From NCBI GenBank assembly GCA_038562375.1, contig JBCFAY010000004.1, forward strand, positions 89,413 to 153,412: 64,000 bases of DNA, given 5' to 3'. Shown here in pieces: positions 1 to 9,872 of this stretch. The translations under genes and the position numbers were made by a program. The notes under the pieces are model-generated. The model was not told the DNA's origin and made no database searches. It worked only from the letters and a program-made list of their open reading frames with translations. Position 1 is the stretch's first letter, and each line of letters opens with the position of its first letter. This DNA is from Bacillota bacterium. GTDB lineage: Bacteria; Bacillota; Clostridia; Christensenellales; CAG-138.

Positions 1-1128
1 TTTGTTGATTTGCTCCAGGCGCTCCATCATGCGGATCGCCTCCACGACGTTTTCCGAAAGCTGCAGGATGTTCCTCGGTTCAAATTCCTTATCGTAGCGA
101 AGCATCGGCGAATCGGCGTATTTTTGGATATGCTCGTCCGCCGACGGATCGAGCCGGGGCAAGGAATTCGCGATGCGGTGGTTCCGGTTTCTCGCCACAA
201 ACTGATTTTCAAACACGAGCGGCCCGCCCACGCATCCTCCCGGACACGCCATCGCCTCGAGCAGCAGCAGCTCCGTCAGCCTCTCGTTGTCGATCTCCTC
301 AAGGCACGCGATAATGTTTGAGATGCCGTCCACCGCGAGATAATGCTTCGTGCCGACGGCCGCGCTCCAGCCGCCGATCGCGGCCGACTCGATTCCGCCC
401 GCGCCTGCGGGATGTTCGATGCTGCGGCGCTTTCCGCCCGCGCCCATGAGCGGTATCATCTTCGCATACACGTCCCTCACGGGGAAAACGCCGTTGATAT
501 CGCTGGAGCTTACGCCCATCGGGTTCTTGATATGCGTCATCTTCGCGGCGCAGGGGGTAACGTAATACGCGCCCACTTCCTCGATCGGCACCGAGCGTTT
601 TTCGCAGAACTCGGCCTTGGCGATGCGCGCCGCGGCTTCCGTGGGCGACACAAACGGCGTGAGATGATCGATCAGGTTCGGGAAAAGCGCCGTGACCAGG
701 CGTGGAACCACCGGACAGCTGCAGTCGATCAGCGGGAATACCGCATCGCCGCTGCGAAGGTGGCGCCTTGTCGCCTCGGCGATGATCTCCGCGGCCTTCG
801 CCTCTTCATAGATCGCGTCGAACCCCATCGAGTAGAGGCCCTCATACATATCCTCGAGGTTCGTCAGGTTGCGAAACTGCGATGCGAGCGCGGCGGACGG
901 GATGACGATATTGTATTTAAAATCGTTGAGCACGTTGAATGGCGTGGTTACGGAAACCATCGCATCGTGCGGACATGCGGTAAGGCAGTTGCCGCAATCG
1001 ATGCAGCGATCGTCCAATATCATCGCCTTGCCTTTTTGCACGCGGATCGCTTCGGTCGGACAGGTCTTGATACAGTTGGTACATCCGACGCATTTGCGTC
1101 TGTCGATACGCACGGAATGCTTGTACAT
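1..1128 (-). CDS. [FeFe]-hydrogenase-like protein with an N-terminal 2x[4Fe-4S] ferredoxin domain and an H-cluster domain; the 3' end runs off the window
   Basis: My own minus-strand translation from the ATG at 1128-1126 reads MYKHSVRIDRRKCVGCTNCIKTCP...CIDCGNCLTACP, giving two CxxCxxCxxxCP motifs. H-cluster-like motifs follow: DCSCP, TPCAAK and EAMACPGGCVGGP. The frame stays open to base 1. It is absent from the ORF track because there is no stop in the window. Confidence 0.8.
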   Translation of the reverse strand, partial: MYKHSVRIDRRKCVGCTNCIKTCPTEAIRVQKGKAMILDDRCIDCGNCLTACPHDAMVSVTTPFNVLNDFKYNIVIPSAALASQFRNLTNLEDMYEGLYSMGFDAIYEEAKAAEIIAEATRRHLRSGDAVFPLIDCSCPVVPRLVTALFPNLIDHLTPFVSPTEAAARIAKAEFCEKRSVPIEEVGAYYVTPCAAKMTHIKNPMGVSSSDINGVFPVRDVYAKMIPLMGAGGKRRSIEHPAGAGGIESAAIGGWSAAVGTKHYLAVDGISNIIACLEEIDNERLTELLLLEAMACPGGCVGGPLVFENQFVARNRNHRIANSLPRLDPSADEHIQKYADSPMLRYDKEFEPRNILQLSENVVEAIRMMERLEQINK

Positions 1129-1150
1129 GTTATTCACCTGTTTTCTGCAT

Positions 1151-1576
1151 TTAGATCTGATAGGACGCCGTAATCAGGGTACCCTTGCCCACCTCGGATT
1201 CAATCGCGAACTCCTGGGAATGGCGTTTGATGTTCGGAAGGCCCATTCCCGCCCCAAAGCCCATCTGCCGGACGCTTTCGGGCGCGGTGGAGTACCCCTC
1301 CTTCATCGCGAGCGATATGTCCGGTATGCCCGGGCCCTGATCCCTGCAGATAAGCCGGATGGAACGGGGCGTGATCATGAGCGCCAGCTCCCCGCCGTTG
1401 GAGTGGATCACCAAATTCAGTTCCGCTTCGTAAGCGGCAATCGCGATGTCCCGGATCAACGCCGGGTCGACGCCCATGCGGATCAGGATCTTTTTAATTT
1501 TGCTTGAAGCCTCCCCGGCAAGCGCGTAGTTGCCGCGCTCCACGGAGAAGGACTCCTGATAAACGACGTCGCTCAT
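1151..1576 (-). CDS. Histidine-kinase-like ATPase (HATPase_c) with an RsbW/SpoIIAB-type anti-sigma/serine-kinase fold
   Basis: 141-aa ORF with N-box-like NLVIHSNGG and G-boxes DQGPGI and GFGAGMGLPN. It overlaps the upstream DRTGG gene by 4 nt. Confidence 0.7.
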   Translation of the reverse strand: MSDVVYQESFSVERGNYALAGEASSKIKKILIRMGVDPALIRDIAIAAYEAELNLVIHSNGGELALMITPRSIRLICRDQGPGIPDISLAMKEGYSTAPESVRQMGFGAGMGLPNIKRHSQEFAIESEVGKGTLITASYQI

Positions 1577-1932
1577 GGGCAGGCATCCCCCGCCGTCCCT
1601 CGAAGCCCTGCCTGATAAAGCAGTCCGCAGGCGGTATAAAGCGTCTTGGCGGTGCTCAAAATCGTCATGCCCACGCCCTCGGCAAGCTCAATAATCTCGG
1701 GAGGGACTTTTTTTCCCCGCACAAATGTTATACAGTCGATATCGAGTACTTCTGCGGTGCGGATGACATGCAGATTCGTCATGCCCGTGAGAAGCAGCAT
1801 ATGGGAGCGCGAATGCGCAAGAACATCGCTCATCAAATCCGCGCCGCAAGCGGAACTTACCTCAACCTCAAGATTTTGTTTGCCGCATACGATCTCGGCA
1901 CCAAGAAGCCTGACGATTTCGGAAATCCGCAT
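1573..1932 (-). CDS. DRTGG domain protein
   Basis: 119-aa ORF with a HMLLLTGMTN...DCITFVRGKK pattern typical of DRTGG domains (recognised from memory). It is translationally coupled to the HATPase gene. Confidence 0.65.
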   Translation of the reverse strand: MRISEIVRLLGAEIVCGKQNLEVEVSSACGADLMSDVLAHSRSHMLLLTGMTNLHVIRTAEVLDIDCITFVRGKKVPPEIIELAEGVGMTILSTAKTLYTACGLLYQAGLRGTAGDACP

Positions 1933-1944
1933 CTGCGATCCTCC

Positions 1945-2844
1945 CTAGCTTGCGGAAGACACCTCCTCTACAAGCTTTCCATATTCATAAGTTATCCGAA
2001 TTTGATTATACTTTATCTTTGACGAAAAATCTACAAACGTTTTTGTCGTGTCATTTTTCAGCTCGGTAAGCGCATCGATGCAGGAAACATAGCAGTCATC
2101 GATTTTCTTGAGTAGTTCGTTATCCGACTCAAGATTCTGAATATCCGCCCGCGCCGTTTCAACGTCTGCAAGTATTTGGGCGATCTGGGCGCGCCCATCC
2201 TCCGGCGTCATGGATTCCTTGTCGAATTTTACCGCAAGCTCCGACAAGGAGGCCTGCGCCTCTTTGATCCCCGCGAACGCCGCCTTCATATCCCCAATCT
2301 GGTCCTCGGGAGCGGTCACGTTGAACGATGCGCCGGAGATCACGAACGGATACACCGCGCTGTCCATGCCTTCCTCCTTGAGCTGATCGCGCACCGCATC
2401 AAGGCTGGCTTCATCCGCATATATGGACGCGATGACCCGGTATCTCTCCCCGTCTTCGATGATATATCCTCCCGCGCCGCGCCCCTGCAGCGTGCTCGCC
2501 AGCGTGAGCGCATTATTGCGCTGCGAGTACACGCCCATCTGCAGCATATAGCAGGTCACGCCCGGCAACTCGATCTGGTCGCTGACCATGTTTGCATCGC
2601 TGCTGGATCCGTCGTTGACGACCACCTGCGTGTTCCCGTCGGTTGGGGCCGGCTCCTCGGCTTTGCCCATCAGCGCGGTCTCAACCGCCTCGAACACAGG
2701 CGCCATTACGTTCTGCGCCAGCCATGTCCCCAGCGCAGAGGCGCTGACGACATAGATCGCGGCAGCCACCACAAGCAAGGCGATGATGATCCTTCCCGCC
2801 CCGCTTTCATATCTTCTGCGTCTTCTTCTATGTCTGTATTCCAT
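1945..2844 (-). CDS. Membrane-anchored SPOR-domain protein
   Basis: I chose the internal ATG at 2844 (MEYRHRRRRR...), preceded by GGGAGGAG. The protein has a basic N-terminus and one TM helix. The segment CYMLQMGVYSQRNNALTLASTLQGRGAGGYII..YRVIASIY is SPOR-like. Confidence 0.6.
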   Translation of the reverse strand: MEYRHRRRRRRYESGAGRIIIALLVVAAAIYVVSASALGTWLAQNVMAPVFEAVETALMGKAEEPAPTDGNTQVVVNDGSSSDANMVSDQIELPGVTCYMLQMGVYSQRNNALTLASTLQGRGAGGYIIEDGERYRVIASIYADEASLDAVRDQLKEEGMDSAVYPFVISGASFNVTAPEDQIGDMKAAFAGIKEAQASLSELAVKFDKESMTPEDGRAQIAQILADVETARADIQNLESDNELLKKIDDCYVSCIDALTELKNDTTKTFVDFSSKIKYNQIRITYEYGKLVEEVSSAS

Positions 2845-2995
2845 GCCCGCTCCTCCCGTACAGCCTGTTTGTATTATGCGTATGATGGACGGGCTGGGTT
2901 TATACTTGACCGATCGAAAGTATCCTTTGTGCGCGGAACATGTCTTCGCAGGCCTCAGAGCAGTAAAAGCGAGCAAAATCACTCGTCACGGCATG

Positions 2996-3023
2996 TAAAA
3001 AAGCCGCCCATGCAGGGCGGCCC
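2996..3023 (-). terminator. Intrinsic terminator downstream of purR
   Basis: On the minus strand the stem GCCGCCC/GGGCGGC with loop TGCAT is followed by TTTTTT. It begins about 20 nt after the purR stop. Confidence 0.75.
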
Positions 3024-3042
3024 AAAACGTTTTCTTATGATG

Positions 3043-3858
3043 TTACAGCCAGCTTGCGGGGCGGATTAGGATTCGCTTTTCCTCCTCGTTCACCTCATGA
3101 AGCAGCATCAGCGGATAGCAATCCTCGCTGCGCCGTTTGCCCGGGGATTCCATCGAGAGGATCACGCCCATGCCGACGACCTGAACCGAAAACTCGTCCA
3201 TCATATCGCTCAGGCCTTTGGCAGTGCCGCCGCCCTTCATAAAATCATCGATCAAAAGGGCCTTCTGTCCCGGAACCAGCAGCCGCCGGGAGAGCGACAT
3301 ACTCTGCATCCTGCGGGACGAGGCGGACATATAGTTGATCGTTACCGTGGAGCCCTCCGTGGCTCGGTTGTTGCGGCGCACCGTAACGAGCGGCTTGCCG
3401 AGCGCCTGCGCCACCATCAAAGCGATAGGCACGCCCATCGCCTCCACCGTCACGACCACATCGGGCTGCTTTTCATAGAAGCGCTTCGCGAATATTTCGC
3501 CCATGCGTCCGATCACATCCGGCCGCGAAAACATGTCCGCAATATACAGATAGCCGCCCGGCAGAATGCGCTCGGGCTTTGCAAGTTCGCGGCAGACGCG
3601 TTCGACGAACGCGCGGTTGGCTTCATCGCTGTAAAACGGGAGAAAGCGGACGCCGCCGGCCGCGCCGTTGCTCGTTTCGATCAGGCCGGTTCCATAGCGG
3701 GAGAGCACGTTGCGAACCACCGCGACATCCTCGCTGAGCGTGGACTTCGCGCAGCCAAACTGCTCCACAAAATCGCGAAGCGTGAACAGATGCCCCGGCT
3801 GAGCGCATAGGGCGCGCATAATCGCCACGACGCGTTCGCTGCGTTTGGCGCGTTCCAT
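3043..3858 (-). CDS. purR: Pur operon repressor PurR
   Basis: The N-terminal wHTH followed by a PRT fold aligns to B. subtilis PurR (AKSTLSEDV, ERILPGGYLY, LIDDFMKGGGT). The start at MERAKR (3858) has a GGGGAGGA SD. Confidence 0.9.
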   Translation of the reverse strand: MERAKRSERVVAIMRALCAQPGHLFTLRDFVEQFGCAKSTLSEDVAVVRNVLSRYGTGLIETSNGAAGGVRFLPFYSDEANRAFVERVCRELAKPERILPGGYLYIADMFSRPDVIGRMGEIFAKRFYEKQPDVVVTVEAMGVPIALMVAQALGKPLVTVRRNNRATEGSTVTINYMSASSRRMQSMSLSRRLLVPGQKALLIDDFMKGGGTAKGLSDMMDEFSVQVVGMGVILSMESPGKRRSEDCYPLMLLHEVNEEEKRILIRPASWL

Positions 3859-3889
3859 CGCTGATATCCTCCCCGGTCGATTTTCATTT

Positions 3890-3918
3890 ATTATACTATC
3901 CAGTGTAAATGTTCGCAA
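3890..3918 (-). promoter_or_regulatory. SigA-type promoter of purR
   Basis: Minus strand reads TTGCGA (3918-3913), 17 nt, TATAAT (3895-3890). Confidence 0.55.
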
Positions 3919-3937
3919 CATGGAAAATCCGAACATT
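3907..3937. promoter_or_regulatory. Inverted pair of PurBoxes (PurR operator)
   Basis: AAATCCGAACATT (3925-3937) matches AWWWCCGAACWWT at 13/13. The inverted partner AAATGTTCGCAAC (3907-3919) matches about 10/13 and overlaps the -35. Confidence 0.6.
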
Positions 3938-3961
3938 CGGGTTTTGGGGAGGTTTGCCCTA

Positions 3962-5311
3962 TCAGCGGACCCCCTCGATCCATTGCGCGATATCGTTTAG
4001 CGGCACCGAATCGACGCTGGAGGGCGTATAGTATTCCTCCGGCGTGCTCTTCTCCCCTTCGCCCGCCATAAACAGATGATTGAGCTTTGGGTAGGAGATG
4101 AACTTCACATCCGCACGGGCCTGCAGCGCATCCTTGAAGAGGTTAAAGTCCGTCATCGTCACCTGATAGTCGCGCTCGCCCTGCAGGATCAACACGGGAG
4201 AGGCGACTGCCTGGAGCGCCTTGATCGGATCATAGGCGTTGAGGTTCAGCCAGTAATTGCGCGGAATGCCCAAAAGCTGATCCGGCGTAAGATCGCTGTT
4301 TGCGTCGAGCGTATTGACAGCTTGCACCTGCTCGCGGATCTTGTCGAGCGTTTGCTCCGCGTCCTCGCCCGGATCAAGGCTTAAAATGTATTCGTATTGC
4401 TCGAGAATCAGGTCCTGGAGCTTCCTCGCGGGTGCGGCCATCATGACATAGCCCGCCGCGTCCGGCGTTTGCTCTGCGATCATTGGAATAAGCATCCCGC
4501 CGAGGCTGTGTCCCAAGACAAATACCCTGTTGGGATCGATCCGGTCGCAGCTTGCGAGAAGCTTGAACGCGGCCACCGCATCCTGTACGCTTTCCTCGTT
4601 TACGGTGATCGCGTCGGCGTCCAGATCGCCTGCATAGGTATAGGTTCGCTTGTCGTACCGCAAAACAGCGATCCCCTTTTGCGCGAGCGCGTAGGCGATA
4701 TCCCGAAACGGCTTATTTGCGCCGACGGTGCTGTCCATATCGAGCGGACCGGAACCGTGCACCAGCACGACGGCCGGGAGCTTTTCGCCGGTTTGGGGAA
4801 GCGTAAGCTTGGCTGCGAGCGCATAGGAGCCGCTGTTGACGGCCATTTCCTGTTCGGTTACCCCTTCGGGGAGAGCGACCGGATTGGCCGACTCGTCGTT
4901 AAACGGCTGAACATAGAACCCGCTGACAAGCTTTTCGCTCGAGAATACGATCAGCAAAAGCACCGAGCCTTTTTGATAGTCCGTTTTTACCTCAACCCTG
5001 TTATAGCCGTCCACCTGCTCCGAGCGGTACACGCTGCGCGAGAGAAATTCCCCGTACGTTTCTGCGATTTGCTCCTGCAGCTTTTTTAGATCTTCAAGCG
5101 GAACCGCCTCGTTCATCCTCGTGTCGAACAAGCCGACCGCTTCGTCGAGGTTGCCCCCGATGAAATCATCCGCGAACGAGAGCGCCAGGCGCTGAATCTC
5201 CTCCGGCACGGCGGCCGCGTTATTTTGATCCTGCTGTTTCGCGGCGCAGCCGGAAAAAAGAATCATCGCCGATAGAGCGATGACCAAAACAGCGCGTACA
5301 CAATTACGCAT
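3962..5311 (-). CDS. Secreted lipoprotein of the alpha/beta-hydrolase (S9/DLH-like) type with an N-terminal DUF3887-like domain
   Basis: Lipobox LFSGC, nucleophile elbow GHSLGG, and acid and His residues late in the sequence (QGERDY, LNHLF). Confidence 0.7.
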   Translation of the reverse strand: MRNCVRAVLVIALSAMILFSGCAAKQQDQNNAAAVPEEIQRLALSFADDFIGGNLDEAVGLFDTRMNEAVPLEDLKKLQEQIAETYGEFLSRSVYRSEQVDGYNRVEVKTDYQKGSVLLLIVFSSEKLVSGFYVQPFNDESANPVALPEGVTEQEMAVNSGSYALAAKLTLPQTGEKLPAVVLVHGSGPLDMDSTVGANKPFRDIAYALAQKGIAVLRYDKRTYTYAGDLDADAITVNEESVQDAVAAFKLLASCDRIDPNRVFVLGHSLGGMLIPMIAEQTPDAAGYVMMAAPARKLQDLILEQYEYILSLDPGEDAEQTLDKIREQVQAVNTLDANSDLTPDQLLGIPRNYWLNLNAYDPIKALQAVASPVLILQGERDYQVTMTDFNLFKDALQARADVKFISYPKLNHLFMAGEGEKSTPEEYYTPSSVDSVPLNDIAQWIEGVR

Positions 5312-5354
5312 ATTTTCATCTCCAATCCCGTCGTTGCATTGGGCCCGCTAGGCA

Positions 5355-6350
5355 CTATTCCGAATAATATTCCAGTATTCCCTCGAAAATCCCCTGCGCG
5401 CACAGCTCCTGATAGGAATCGCGATTCAGCTTCAGATCGTCGTTCACGTTTGAAAGGTATCCCATCTCGATGGCGATCACAGGCCGTTTTGACCAATTAA
5501 AGCCGGTTTGGTCCGAGCGCGCGACCACCGTGCGTTTTTTCGCGCCGGTCACGCTGCAAAAGCTCCACAAAACATCCTTGCCGAGCTCCAGGCTCTGCTG
5601 ATAGATGGACGCATTGCTCGAACGGGACGGAACCAGCACGCGCGCTCCGGACTGTTCGGAAGAAGACGCTCTATCGCAATGCAGGCGCACCCAGAGATCC
5701 ACGTTCACATCGTTCATGAGCTGCGCGCGCTCGATGTTGGAAAGCGACACATCGTTTGAAGTGCGCGACAGAACGACCTTCGCACCCGCTTCCTCCAGCA
5801 TTCTTTTGAGTTTGAGCCCGATCTGAAGGACGATCTTATATTCCTCCATACCGGTCTTAACGCCCGTAGCTCCCACGCTCATGCGTACTTTGGATTCATC
5901 GGAGCCGGGCCTTACGGGCTCAAGCTCGAGGTCGGCCGCGGTCTGATGGCCGGGATCGATGCCGATCAGCTTTCCTGCAAGCGCCTTTGTCGAAGGCGCG
6001 GCCTTCGACTCGCTGTTCATCAGTTTCTCCCCGCCGCCTTCGGATACCATCGCGTTATACGCGGTGCGCGTTTTCGGCCCGAAGACTCCGTCCGGCGTGA
6101 CCGCGAGGCGCTTTTGCAGCAGCTTTACCGCCGCAACCGTATTCGCATCATACAAGCCATCCGCTTCGTCCTCGAAAAAGCCCAGCTCGGAGAGCACGGC
6201 CTGCAGCTGCTCGACCTCCTCGCCATAGGAACCGTAGGACAGCACGCCGACGGAAAGGGTGGGCAGCGCGAGGGAGCCTGCCGCAAACAAGAGCGACAAG
6301 CCTATCGCAAGAACCGTACAGATCAGTTTCACCGTCGCGCTGCGTTTCAT
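5355..6350 (-). CDS. N-acetylmuramoyl-L-alanine amidase (Amidase_3) with a PG_binding_1 domain
   Basis: Signal peptide, a YGSYGEEVEQLQ..LGFF..DGLYD..T..AVK.LQ PG-binding repeat, then IGIDPGHQ...LWVRLHCD amidase_3 motifs. Confidence 0.8.
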   Translation of the reverse strand: MKRSATVKLICTVLAIGLSLLFAAGSLALPTLSVGVLSYGSYGEEVEQLQAVLSELGFFEDEADGLYDANTVAAVKLLQKRLAVTPDGVFGPKTRTAYNAMVSEGGGEKLMNSESKAAPSTKALAGKLIGIDPGHQTAADLELEPVRPGSDESKVRMSVGATGVKTGMEEYKIVLQIGLKLKRMLEEAGAKVVLSRTSNDVSLSNIERAQLMNDVNVDLWVRLHCDRASSSEQSGARVLVPSRSSNASIYQQSLELGKDVLWSFCSVTGAKKRTVVARSDQTGFNWSKRPVIAIEMGYLSNVNDDLKLNRDSYQELCAQGIFEGILEYYSE

Positions 6351-6447
6351 CCTTTAGAACTCCTCAGAAAATTTTCAACCATATTCTATCATGCGTCGGT
6401 TCCGCGCGAAAGGGGTAAGTCGTAAGCATTTTGTAAACGTTTCGTCA

Positions 6448-8880
6448 TTAAAGCTTACGAAAGCTCAATTTATCCCCCAGCATATGCGCCTCGACGCTGT
6501 CGCCAAGGCTCAGCCGGCCGGCGAGGATCTCCTCGCTCAGGCTGTCCTCCACCTGCTGCTGTATCGCCCGGCGGAGCGGGCGCGCTCCGTATTGCGGGTC
6601 AAACCCGGAGCTCGCGAGGTGATCCGCCGCCTCCGATGTTACCGTGAGCGTGATGTTGCGCTCCTTCAGGCGCTCGACGACGCTCCTGAGCATCATCGAC
6701 ACGATCCGGCGCGTCTGCTCCGGCTCGAGCGAGTGGAAGATGATGATCTCGTCCACCCGGTTGAGGAACTCCGGCCGGAACGTCTTCTTGAGCTCCTCGA
6801 GCATCTGCGACTTCATATTCTCATACGAGGGGATGCCCGACGACGAAGCGCCGAAGCCCACGGTCTTGTTCTGCATGATCCTCAAGGCGCCGACGTTGGA
6901 AGTCATGATCAATATCGTGTTGCGGAAATCCACACTTCTTCCCTTGGCGTCGGTCAGGCGGCCGTCCTCGAGCACCTGCAGGAGGATATTGAACACGTCC
7001 GGATGCGCTTTTTCGATCTCGTCGAACAATACGACGCAGTAAGGCTTTCTCCTCACACGCTCGGTCAGCTGTCCGCCGTCGTCATAACCGACGTATCCCG
7101 GAGGCGAGCCGGTAAGCTTCGCGACCGAATGCGGCTCCATATATTCGGACATATCGAGGCGGATCATCGCATCCTCGTCGGAGAACATCACCTCGGCGAG
7201 CGCCCGGCACAGCTCCGTCTTGCCGACGCCCGTCGGCCCGAGGAAGATGTACGAACCGATCGGCCGCTTGGGGTCCTTGAGCCCCGCGCGCGCGCGGCGG
7301 ATTGCGCGGGCCACGGCGGAAACCGCCTCTTCCTGGCCGACGACGCGCTCGTGCAGCTTCTCTTCAAGATGCAGGAGTTTTTCGCCCTCGTCCTGAGTCA
7401 GCTGCTTGACCGGGATGCCGGTCCAGGCGTTCACGACCTGCGCGATATCCTCCTCGGTGACGACGGATTCCTTCGCGGAGCGGGTCTGCTCCCATTCCTG
7501 CTGGAGCTGTTTTATTTCCTTTAAGAGCTTCTGCTCTTCGTCGCGCACCCGTGCGGCTTTCTCGTAGTTCTGGTTGGTGACGGCCTCTTCCTTTTCCTTG
7601 CGCAGCGCGTCGATCCGGCTTTCCATCTCCTTCATGTCCGGCGGGGAGCTGTATGCCTGCAGACGCACGCGGCTGGCCGCCTCGTCCATCAGGTCGATGG
7701 CCTTGTCGGGCAGGAATCGGTCGGCAAGATAACGGTCGGACAGGTCGACCGCGGCGCGGATGGCCTCGTCCGTGATCTTCGCTTTATGGTGCGCCTCATA
7801 GCGATCCCTAAGACCCATAAGGATCTCGACCGCTTGCTCGCGCGTCGGCTCGCCGACGGTCACGGGCTGGAAGCGCCTCTCGAACGCGGCGTCCTTCTCG
7901 ATGTGCTTGCGGTACTCGTCGATCGTCGTGGCGCCGACGACCTGGATTTCGCCCCGCGCGAGCGAGGGCTTCAGGATGTTGGAAGCGTCGATCGAACCCT
8001 CGGACGCGCCCGCACCCACCACCGTGTGAAGCTCGTCGATAAAGAGTATCGTATTGCCGCTCTGCTGTAGCTCCGTGATCGCCGCCTTGATGCGCTCCTC
8101 GAATTCTCCGCGGTACTTGGTGCCGGCGAGCATACCCCCGAGGTCGAGCGCGACGACGCGCTTGCCCTTGAGCAATTCCGGGATATCGCCGGAGACGATC
8201 CTCTGCGCCAGCCCCTCGATGATCGCGGACTTGCCGACGCCCGGGTCGCCGATGAGAACAGGATTGTTCTTGGTGCGGCGGCTTAAAATCTGTATGATGC
8301 GCTCGATCTCCTTCTCCCTGCCGATCACGGGATCGAGTTCGCCCAGCTGCGCCATGCGCGTAAGGTCTTTGCCGAACTGATCGAGCGTCGGCGTATTGGA
8401 ATTCTGTCCCTTGCCCGCCGCCGCGCCCGTGCCTGTGGCCTCGTTGGAGATCGTTTCGACGATATCCTTCCGGAGCGTGTCAAGATCCACGCCGAGGTCC
8501 GAGAGTATACGCGCGGCCACGCCCTCTCTTTCGCGCAGTATCGCAAGGAGCAGGTGCTCGGTCCCGATATAGTTGTTCTTGAGCGTCTTGGCCTCGTAGA
8601 GGCTCAGCTCAATGATCTTCTTTGTCCTGGGGGTATAGCCGAAGCTGTCCGTAAAATGATAGTCTCCGTGCCCGACAAGCACCTCGGCGCGATCGAGCAC
8701 GTTTTCCTCATCCACTCCAAAGCGCATGAGCGTTTTGGCTGCGGCCCCGTCCTTTTCATGGATCAAGCCAAGGAGCAAATGCTCGCTGCCGACATAATTA
8801 TGCCCGAGCGCCTTCGCGCTTTCCTGCGCCATTCCAAGGGCGCGCTTTGCGCCCTGCGTAAAACGTTCCATAAAATCCAT
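6448..8880 (-). CDS. clpC: ATP-dependent Clp protease ATP-binding subunit ClpC
   Basis: 810 aa with Clp_N repeats, two AAA+ modules ([16 protein letters not shown]) and a UVR linker. It follows mcsA and mcsB. Confidence 0.95.
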   Translation of the reverse strand: MDFMERFTQGAKRALGMAQESAKALGHNYVGSEHLLLGLIHEKDGAAAKTLMRFGVDEENVLDRAEVLVGHGDYHFTDSFGYTPRTKKIIELSLYEAKTLKNNYIGTEHLLLAILREREGVAARILSDLGVDLDTLRKDIVETISNEATGTGAAAGKGQNSNTPTLDQFGKDLTRMAQLGELDPVIGREKEIERIIQILSRRTKNNPVLIGDPGVGKSAIIEGLAQRIVSGDIPELLKGKRVVALDLGGMLAGTKYRGEFEERIKAAITELQQSGNTILFIDELHTVVGAGASEGSIDASNILKPSLARGEIQVVGATTIDEYRKHIEKDAAFERRFQPVTVGEPTREQAVEILMGLRDRYEAHHKAKITDEAIRAAVDLSDRYLADRFLPDKAIDLMDEAASRVRLQAYSSPPDMKEMESRIDALRKEKEEAVTNQNYEKAARVRDEEQKLLKEIKQLQQEWEQTRSAKESVVTEEDIAQVVNAWTGIPVKQLTQDEGEKLLHLEEKLHERVVGQEEAVSAVARAIRRARAGLKDPKRPIGSYIFLGPTGVGKTELCRALAEVMFSDEDAMIRLDMSEYMEPHSVAKLTGSPPGYVGYDDGGQLTERVRRKPYCVVLFDEIEKAHPDVFNILLQVLEDGRLTDAKGRSVDFRNTILIMTSNVGALRIMQNKTVGFGASSSGIPSYENMKSQMLEELKKTFRPEFLNRVDEIIIFHSLEPEQTRRIVSMMLRSVVERLKERNITLTVTSEAADHLASSGFDPQYGARPLRRAIQQQVEDSLSEEILAGRLSLGDSVEAHMLGDKLSFRKL

Positions 8881-8888
8881 AATTTACC

Positions 8889-9872
8889 TCACTCCAATGA
8901 TTTTCGTACCATCGCGGCGCGCGCGATGTTTTCCTCAGCCTCGTCCATAAGCCTGCCCGCCGCCGCGCATACGGATGCGCTTTGCCCCTGGGCGATCATC
9001 CGATCGATCTGGGCTTGCTCCATCCCCTCCAACAGCCCCAGGCTGACGCCCAGCTTGAGGTTGGAGCAGTGATCCATGAACTCCTTAAAGCTCATGGAGT
9101 GCGCATACCGGCAAACCCCGTAGGAGCGGAACACCGCGTCGAGCAAAGCCGATTCGTTGTGCGCGAGCGCGGCCTTGCGAAATCGCAATTCCTGTTCGGC
9201 GAGCTGGCCGATGGTCTCGGTCAGGCCCATGACGATGTCGTCCTCGGAAATGCCCAGCGACGCCGAGTTGGAAACCTGATAGATATGCCCGGGCGCGCCG
9301 CTGCCTTCGCCGTAAAACCCGCGCACCGCAAGACCGAGCTTCGCCACCGCGCCGAGCACCTGTTCCGCGCCGCCGGAGCGTACCAGCGCCGGCATATGCA
9401 GCATCGCGCTCGCGCGCATACCCGTCCCGACGTTGGTCGGGCAGGCGGACAGATAGCCCCATTGCTCGTCGAACGCGAAGGGAAGCTGGCGCGCAAGGAT
9501 CTTATCCACCACTGCGCTCTGCGCATCCGCTTCATCAAGATCGAGTCCCGGCAGGATGCTCTGGATGCGCAGATGATCTTCCTCGTTCACCATGACCGCC
9601 ATCGTCTCGCTCTTGTTCAGAAACAGCGCGCCCTTTGCTTCCATCGCAAGTTCGCGGCTGCAAAGATGCCTCTCGACCAGCCGCATCCGCTCGTTATCGC
9701 CGAGGTCGAGCATCCTGAGCAGCCGGTATTCCCCATTCTGGTTGAGCGCGTCGTTCACGCGGCGGATCATCGTTTCCGCCTGCTCCATGCTCATGCGGGA
9801 CACGAAGGGCATATCCGCGACATTTCTAGCAAGCCGCACGCGGCAGCTTAAAACCACATCCGTCAGATTCAT
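8889..9872 (-). CDS. mcsB: Protein arginine kinase McsB
   Basis: ATP:guanido phosphotransferase core (VVLSCRVRLARN, NEEDHLRIQ, CPTNVGTGMRAS). It overlaps mcsA by 4 nt. Confidence 0.9.
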   Translation of the reverse strand: MNLTDVVLSCRVRLARNVADMPFVSRMSMEQAETMIRRVNDALNQNGEYRLLRMLDLGDNERMRLVERHLCSRELAMEAKGALFLNKSETMAVMVNEEDHLRIQSILPGLDLDEADAQSAVVDKILARQLPFAFDEQWGYLSACPTNVGTGMRASAMLHMPALVRSGGAEQVLGAVAKLGLAVRGFYGEGSGAPGHIYQVSNSASLGISEDDIVMGLTETIGQLAEQELRFRKAALAHNESALLDAVFRSYGVCRYAHSMSFKEFMDHCSNLKLGVSLGLLEGMEQAQIDRMIAQGQSASVCAAAGRLMDEAEENIARAAMVRKSLE

